DNA of 64,000 nucleotides from an uncultured Alphaproteobacteria bacterium (GTDB taxonomy: Bacteria > Pseudomonadota > Alphaproteobacteria > HIMB59 > GCA-002718135): contig CACGZD010000001.1 in assembly GCA_902577425.1 (NCBI GenBank), forward strand, positions 113,860-177,859, given 5' to 3'. Under the pieces are notes generated by a model. That model had not been told where the DNA came from. It worked only from the letters and a program-made list of their open reading frames with translations, and ran no database searches. Positions within the stretch are counted from its first letter, which is position 1. Every line of letters begins with the position of its first letter. This document shows, piece by piece, positions 60,799 to 64,000 of the stretch. The position numbers were made by a program, and so were the translations under genes.

Positions 60799-63450
60799 CT
60801 AAGAAATAACTATAACTTTTCTTTCATGGGGCTTAAAATCAATAAAATATTTTCCTGAAGAACTAGGATCTACTTTTTCTAACAATTTATTTGACATATT
60901 TTCAATAGATAATTTTTTTATCTTAATATAGTTAGATTCAATTTCAAATGTTTTATCCTCTGAAGAGTAGTTCATAAGATGTAAATAGGATTTTTTATTA
61001 TTTTTTTTCACATCAGTAATATAAATATTATTTGAAGCAATATTGAACATTTTTATATTAGTTCTTTTTTTAGAATTTCCTCTATCTTGGTAGTTATGAA
61101 CAATTGGTTCATATATATAAGGCATGATATCTTGTATACGCTGCAAAAGATCCTTTGCTTTTTCAAAATTGATTACAAATTCATATTTTATGAGCTTTGA
61201 TTCATCTGCTAAAAAATTAGTATTCCAATAATTATTATATAACCACGCAGAAAGCATTTTGTACTTTCTCTCTACTTTATTATTTTTGTCAAATTTACCA
61301 AAATTTAATCCTCCTACTTGCCATAGCGGACAATCTTTAGTTGAAATTGTAATACCTCCATTACTTCCATGATAAGATATCCAATTTTGAGTTGTAAGAT
61401 AGTGTTTACAAGAGAAAGGAAGGTGATCTTTATCTAACTGCAGTATTGCCCCGGCAGTTTCGAAATGACATTTTGTATTTGTTCCTGAATTTATTGGCAT
61501 TGGCAAATAAAGAGCATGAGGATTACTGTCTGGTTTTTTCAAAATTTCCACATTAATAATTAAAGATGATTGGTTAGTAAAAAGTTTGTAATTAATTTTA
61601 AATTCATCTCCGTTAGATAAATAAAACTCTTCTTCAACCGATATGTAATTTGTCTTTTTAAAAAATTTTCTTTCTTTTAATTTTGCATTCTCTTTAATAT
61701 TTTTCCATTTATTATTCCAAGAAGAGCTCCAATCAAGTGAGCCAGAGACAACAGGTTTGAAAATTTCAGTTCTTTTTTGAGTTTTAGGATATTCTAAAAT
61801 AGGAACACCAAAGAAAAATTCTTTATTATTTTTAATAAAATTATGTTTCTTTGAAAAAATATTTTCAATTCCTCCTTTTTCCGCAAATTGAACACTAATT
61901 TTTTTATTGCTAATTTCTAATTTTTTTATTTTTAAATCATTAGAAATACTTTTTTGAAAATCTATTTTTTTAGCAGTTAAAGGAGGTATTTCTATTGGAC
62001 CCAACCAATCAACAAGATCATCATTTATTTCAGACATGGTCATATCTTGACGATGGACTGAATTTACTTTTTTTTGTCTTGTTAAGTCAATTTCTCTTCT
62101 TACCCACCAATTGTCTTTTTCATTCATTTTATCAAAATCAAGTTTCATTTTTTTTCCTGCTTTATTCACTTCACTTAAATATGAATAGACACCTTTGAAT
62201 TTAGGAATTTTGATAAATGTTTTTATTTTAAAAGGAAGGGAGTTAAAAGCTATAGCGCTAGCTTTTTCTCCTCCCATTAATTGAGCTATTTTTTCAACAC
62301 CATCTCTTCTAAGCATTCTAGCTATTGATAAGCCTTCGTACGGTAAGACTTGTTTCATGATCCACTGCATTTTAGTTTCATCGGAAAAAGGGAAATTTAT
62401 TGATCTATCTGCTCCCCATGTATGTTCAGCATATAAAGCTAAGGATTCTTTTGATTTTTTTTCTAGATCTGTTCGTCTAATGTCATCTTTTTTAGTATGC
62501 GTAAAAAGATTAACTATGTTAGCCTGGCGTAAGGCTTTCTGACCAGCTGAATTTATACGAGTTTCATTAGGCGTACTTCCACAACCAAAATTCCACCAAT
62601 CAGACCAATCTCCTTGCATAGTTGGAATTTTTTCTTGGGTTTTTAGTTTTTCAAAAAATTCTGAAATGGTCACCATGCGTATAGGAAAATTTTTATATTT
62701 ATTATTCCAAGTTTTTAAAAAAGGAATGATATCTGGATTTGGAGGAGCATTATCATGATGATTAGTATTTGTAATCTGGGCCATAAAAAAATCATAAGAA
62801 TAATTTGGCTTTTTTAAAAACTTAGGAAAATTTTCAATTGTTTTTTTTGTTCCAGATATTGAAAATGGAATTTTTAAAAAGTGTCCTGCTGTAGCTCCGT
62901 ATATAGGGCCATTATAAGCAAGTAGTTTTCTTTTTGTTGGACTTTGCCAATAAAAACCACTTGGCCAAGGTTTTAAAGCATGTCCGTAAAATTCATTGAT
63001 AGCCATGCTAAAACCTTTAATACCAAAATCAAGCAATGCATCTACCATCCCCCAAGGAACGCCATTAATATCACAGTCCATGGCATAATTAATTTTCATT
63101 CCTTCTTTACGTAAAAAAGTAATCGGTTCTAAGTTTTCGATAATCATTTGATGGTCCATTAACGGCGTCATGTGCCATTTGCATCCGGCTACATCAATTA
63201 ATCCTTTGTGATGCAATTTTAAAAATCTTTTGCGATATTGGGGTGTTGTATTTTTCCACCAATCCATTGTTATTCCTGTAACCTCACATGTCCATTTAAA
63301 TTGACAATTAGGTTCATTAGATGCATTTTTTTCTGCTAACTCTATTGCTTCCTCTATATATCTTTTATGTAATTCAAATATTACAGGCTGAGGAGAAGTA
63401 TAACCTATATCAGTGTGAGAATGATGAAGAAGCAAAATTTCTTTAATCAT
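60799..63450 (-). CDS. GH38-like glycoside hydrolase (alpha-mannosidase family resemblance, N-terminal domain)
   Basis: The N-terminus LLHHSHTDIGYT matches the GH38 H-x-H-x-D metal-binding start, and the multidomain size (883 aa) fits. I could not confirm the catalytic nucleophile region by eye, so the family call is tentative. Confidence 0.5.
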   Translation of the reverse strand: MIKEILLLHHSHTDIGYTSPQPVIFELHKRYIEEAIELAEKNASNEPNCQFKWTCEVTGITMDWWKNTTPQYRKRFLKLHHKGLIDVAGCKWHMTPLMDHQMIIENLEPITFLRKEGMKINYAMDCDINGVPWGMVDALLDFGIKGFSMAINEFYGHALKPWPSGFYWQSPTKRKLLAYNGPIYGATAGHFLKIPFSISGTKKTIENFPKFLKKPNYSYDFFMAQITNTNHHDNAPPNPDIIPFLKTWNNKYKNFPIRMVTISEFFEKLKTQEKIPTMQGDWSDWWNFGCGSTPNETRINSAGQKALRQANIVNLFTHTKKDDIRRTDLEKKSKESLALYAEHTWGADRSINFPFSDETKMQWIMKQVLPYEGLSIARMLRRDGVEKIAQLMGGEKASAIAFNSLPFKIKTFIKIPKFKGVYSYLSEVNKAGKKMKLDFDKMNEKDNWWVRREIDLTRQKKVNSVHRQDMTMSEINDDLVDWLGPIEIPPLTAKKIDFQKSISNDLKIKKLEISNKKISVQFAEKGGIENIFSKKHNFIKNNKEFFFGVPILEYPKTQKRTEIFKPVVSGSLDWSSSWNNKWKNIKENAKLKERKFFKKTNYISVEEEFYLSNGDEFKINYKLFTNQSSLIINVEILKKPDSNPHALYLPMPINSGTNTKCHFETAGAILQLDKDHLPFSCKHYLTTQNWISYHGSNGGITISTKDCPLWQVGGLNFGKFDKNNKVERKYKMLSAWLYNNYWNTNFLADESKLIKYEFVINFEKAKDLLQRIQDIMPYIYEPIVHNYQDRGNSKKRTNIKMFNIASNNIYITDVKKNNKKSYLHLMNYSSEDKTFEIESNYIKIKKLSIENMSNKLLEKVDPSSSGKYFIDFKPHERKVIVIS

Positions 63451-63453
63451 AAA

Positions 63454-64000
63454 TTATCCTTTTCCTGTTCCCATAGATCCAAGAGTAAGTCCACGAATAA
63501 AATGTCTTTGAAGTAATAAAAAGATAACTAATGTTGGTATACTTGCCATGACTGTAGCCATTAAAATTGTAGGGCCATCCATTTGTGCATATAAGTTTTG
63601 CATTCCAACTAAGGCACTAGTAACTGGTCTCACTGAGGTTGATCTTGATAAAACCATTCCAAAAAGTAAATCATTCCATATCCAAGTAAATTGAATTAAA
63701 AAAACTAATAGCAAAGGAGCCTTAGCTAAGGGCATCATAATTTTATAAAGTATTTGCAAATTAGATGCTCCTTCTATTTTAGCTAATTCTTGTAATTCCC
63801 AAGGGACGGTTAAGAAAAAACCTCTTAAGACAAATGTTGCAAATGGTATACATATGGAAACATACATCAAAATAAGTCCAAATTTTGTATTATAAATTCC
63901 AATAGCTACATATGCTTCAAATAAAGGCAATAGATACATTTGAAAGGGAAATACAGTTCCAGAATATATAAGCAAAAACCAAAGTAAGCCATTTTTCATT
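63454..64000 (-). CDS. Carbohydrate-type ABC transporter permease (MalG/binding-protein-dependent family), C-terminal part, gene continues past window end
   Basis: EAA loop AKIEGASNLQILYKIMMPLAKAP and a typical C-terminal TM pattern. The Met at 63999 is probably internal. Its stop lies 3 nt upstream of the GH38-like gene start. Confidence 0.8.
   Translation of the reverse strand, partial: MKNGLLWFLLIYSGTVFPFQMYLLPLFEAYVAIGIYNTKFGLILMYVSICIPFATFVLRGFFLTVPWELQELAKIEGASNLQILYKIMMPLAKAPLLLVFLIQFTWIWNDLLFGMVLSRSTSVRPVTSALVGMQNLYAQMDGPTILMATVMASIPTLVIFLLLQRHFIRGLTLGSMGTGKG

Noticed and set aside
51423-64000. Possibility that the accessory-looking right end is a prophage, ICE, transposon or defence island.
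   Set aside because: I recognised no integrase, transposase, phage structural genes, restriction-modification, toxin-antitoxin or CRISPR-Cas genes. I also saw no inverted or direct terminal repeats by eye. The content is metabolic.

Overview
The window is very AT-rich (about 30% G+C by eye, not computed) and extremely gene-dense, with most spacers 0-60 nt and many overlapping stop/start codons. It reads as a streamlined marine alphaproteobacterium. SAR11/Pelagibacterales is my inference from three things: base composition, alphaproteobacterial synteny, and a large glycine-betaine-type methyl-oxidation gene set. The synteny blocks are ftsH-tilS-cpoB-pal-tolBARQ...yebC, zauP-like/zapA/5-FCL opposite tkt-gap, and DUF1192/DUF1013.

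I support about 70 CDS, 2 tRNAs (Arg-ACG, Gln-UUG), a CIRCE operator upstream of groES-groEL, and three intrinsic-terminator-like hairpins. I saw no rRNA, CRISPR array, transposase, integrase or recognisable defence genes.

- **1-20 kb:** housekeeping genes (Tol-Pal, division, tkt/gap, efp, ribosomal proteins) plus an FAD-oxidoreductase/DUF1365/CFA-synthase-like trio.
- **20.7-38.5 kb:** one-carbon and methylamine oxidation genes (metF-like, fhs, soxBDAG, ETF-QO, etfAB, DMGDH-like, DmdA-like).
- **38.6-51.4 kb:** mixed housekeeping (apaG, trkH, argFD, recX, mscS, gpx, groESL, sppA).
- **51.4-64 kb:** looks accessory. It holds a lone GT61-like glycosyltransferase and a three-gene segment bracketed by two tRNAs. 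After that comes a tightly packed carbohydrate locus, which runs off the window end.

**Best candidates for something under-described**
1. The carbohydrate locus at 55.4-64 kb is the strongest. It contains an N-terminally extended PMI-like cupin, a ROK kinase without the zinc motif, a PhyH dioxygenase, a TIM-barrel isomerase/lyase-like protein and a Gfo/Idh/MocA oxidoreductase. These converge on a GH38-like hydrolase and a sugar ABC transporter.
2. A 103-aa Hjc-like PD-(D/E)XK protein sits where alphaproteobacteria normally carry ruvCAB-ybgC.
3. The FAD-oxidoreductase/DUF1365/methylase trio may be a furan-fatty-acid-type lipid-modification module.

All functional calls come from motif and family recognition by eye. 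No searches were run.
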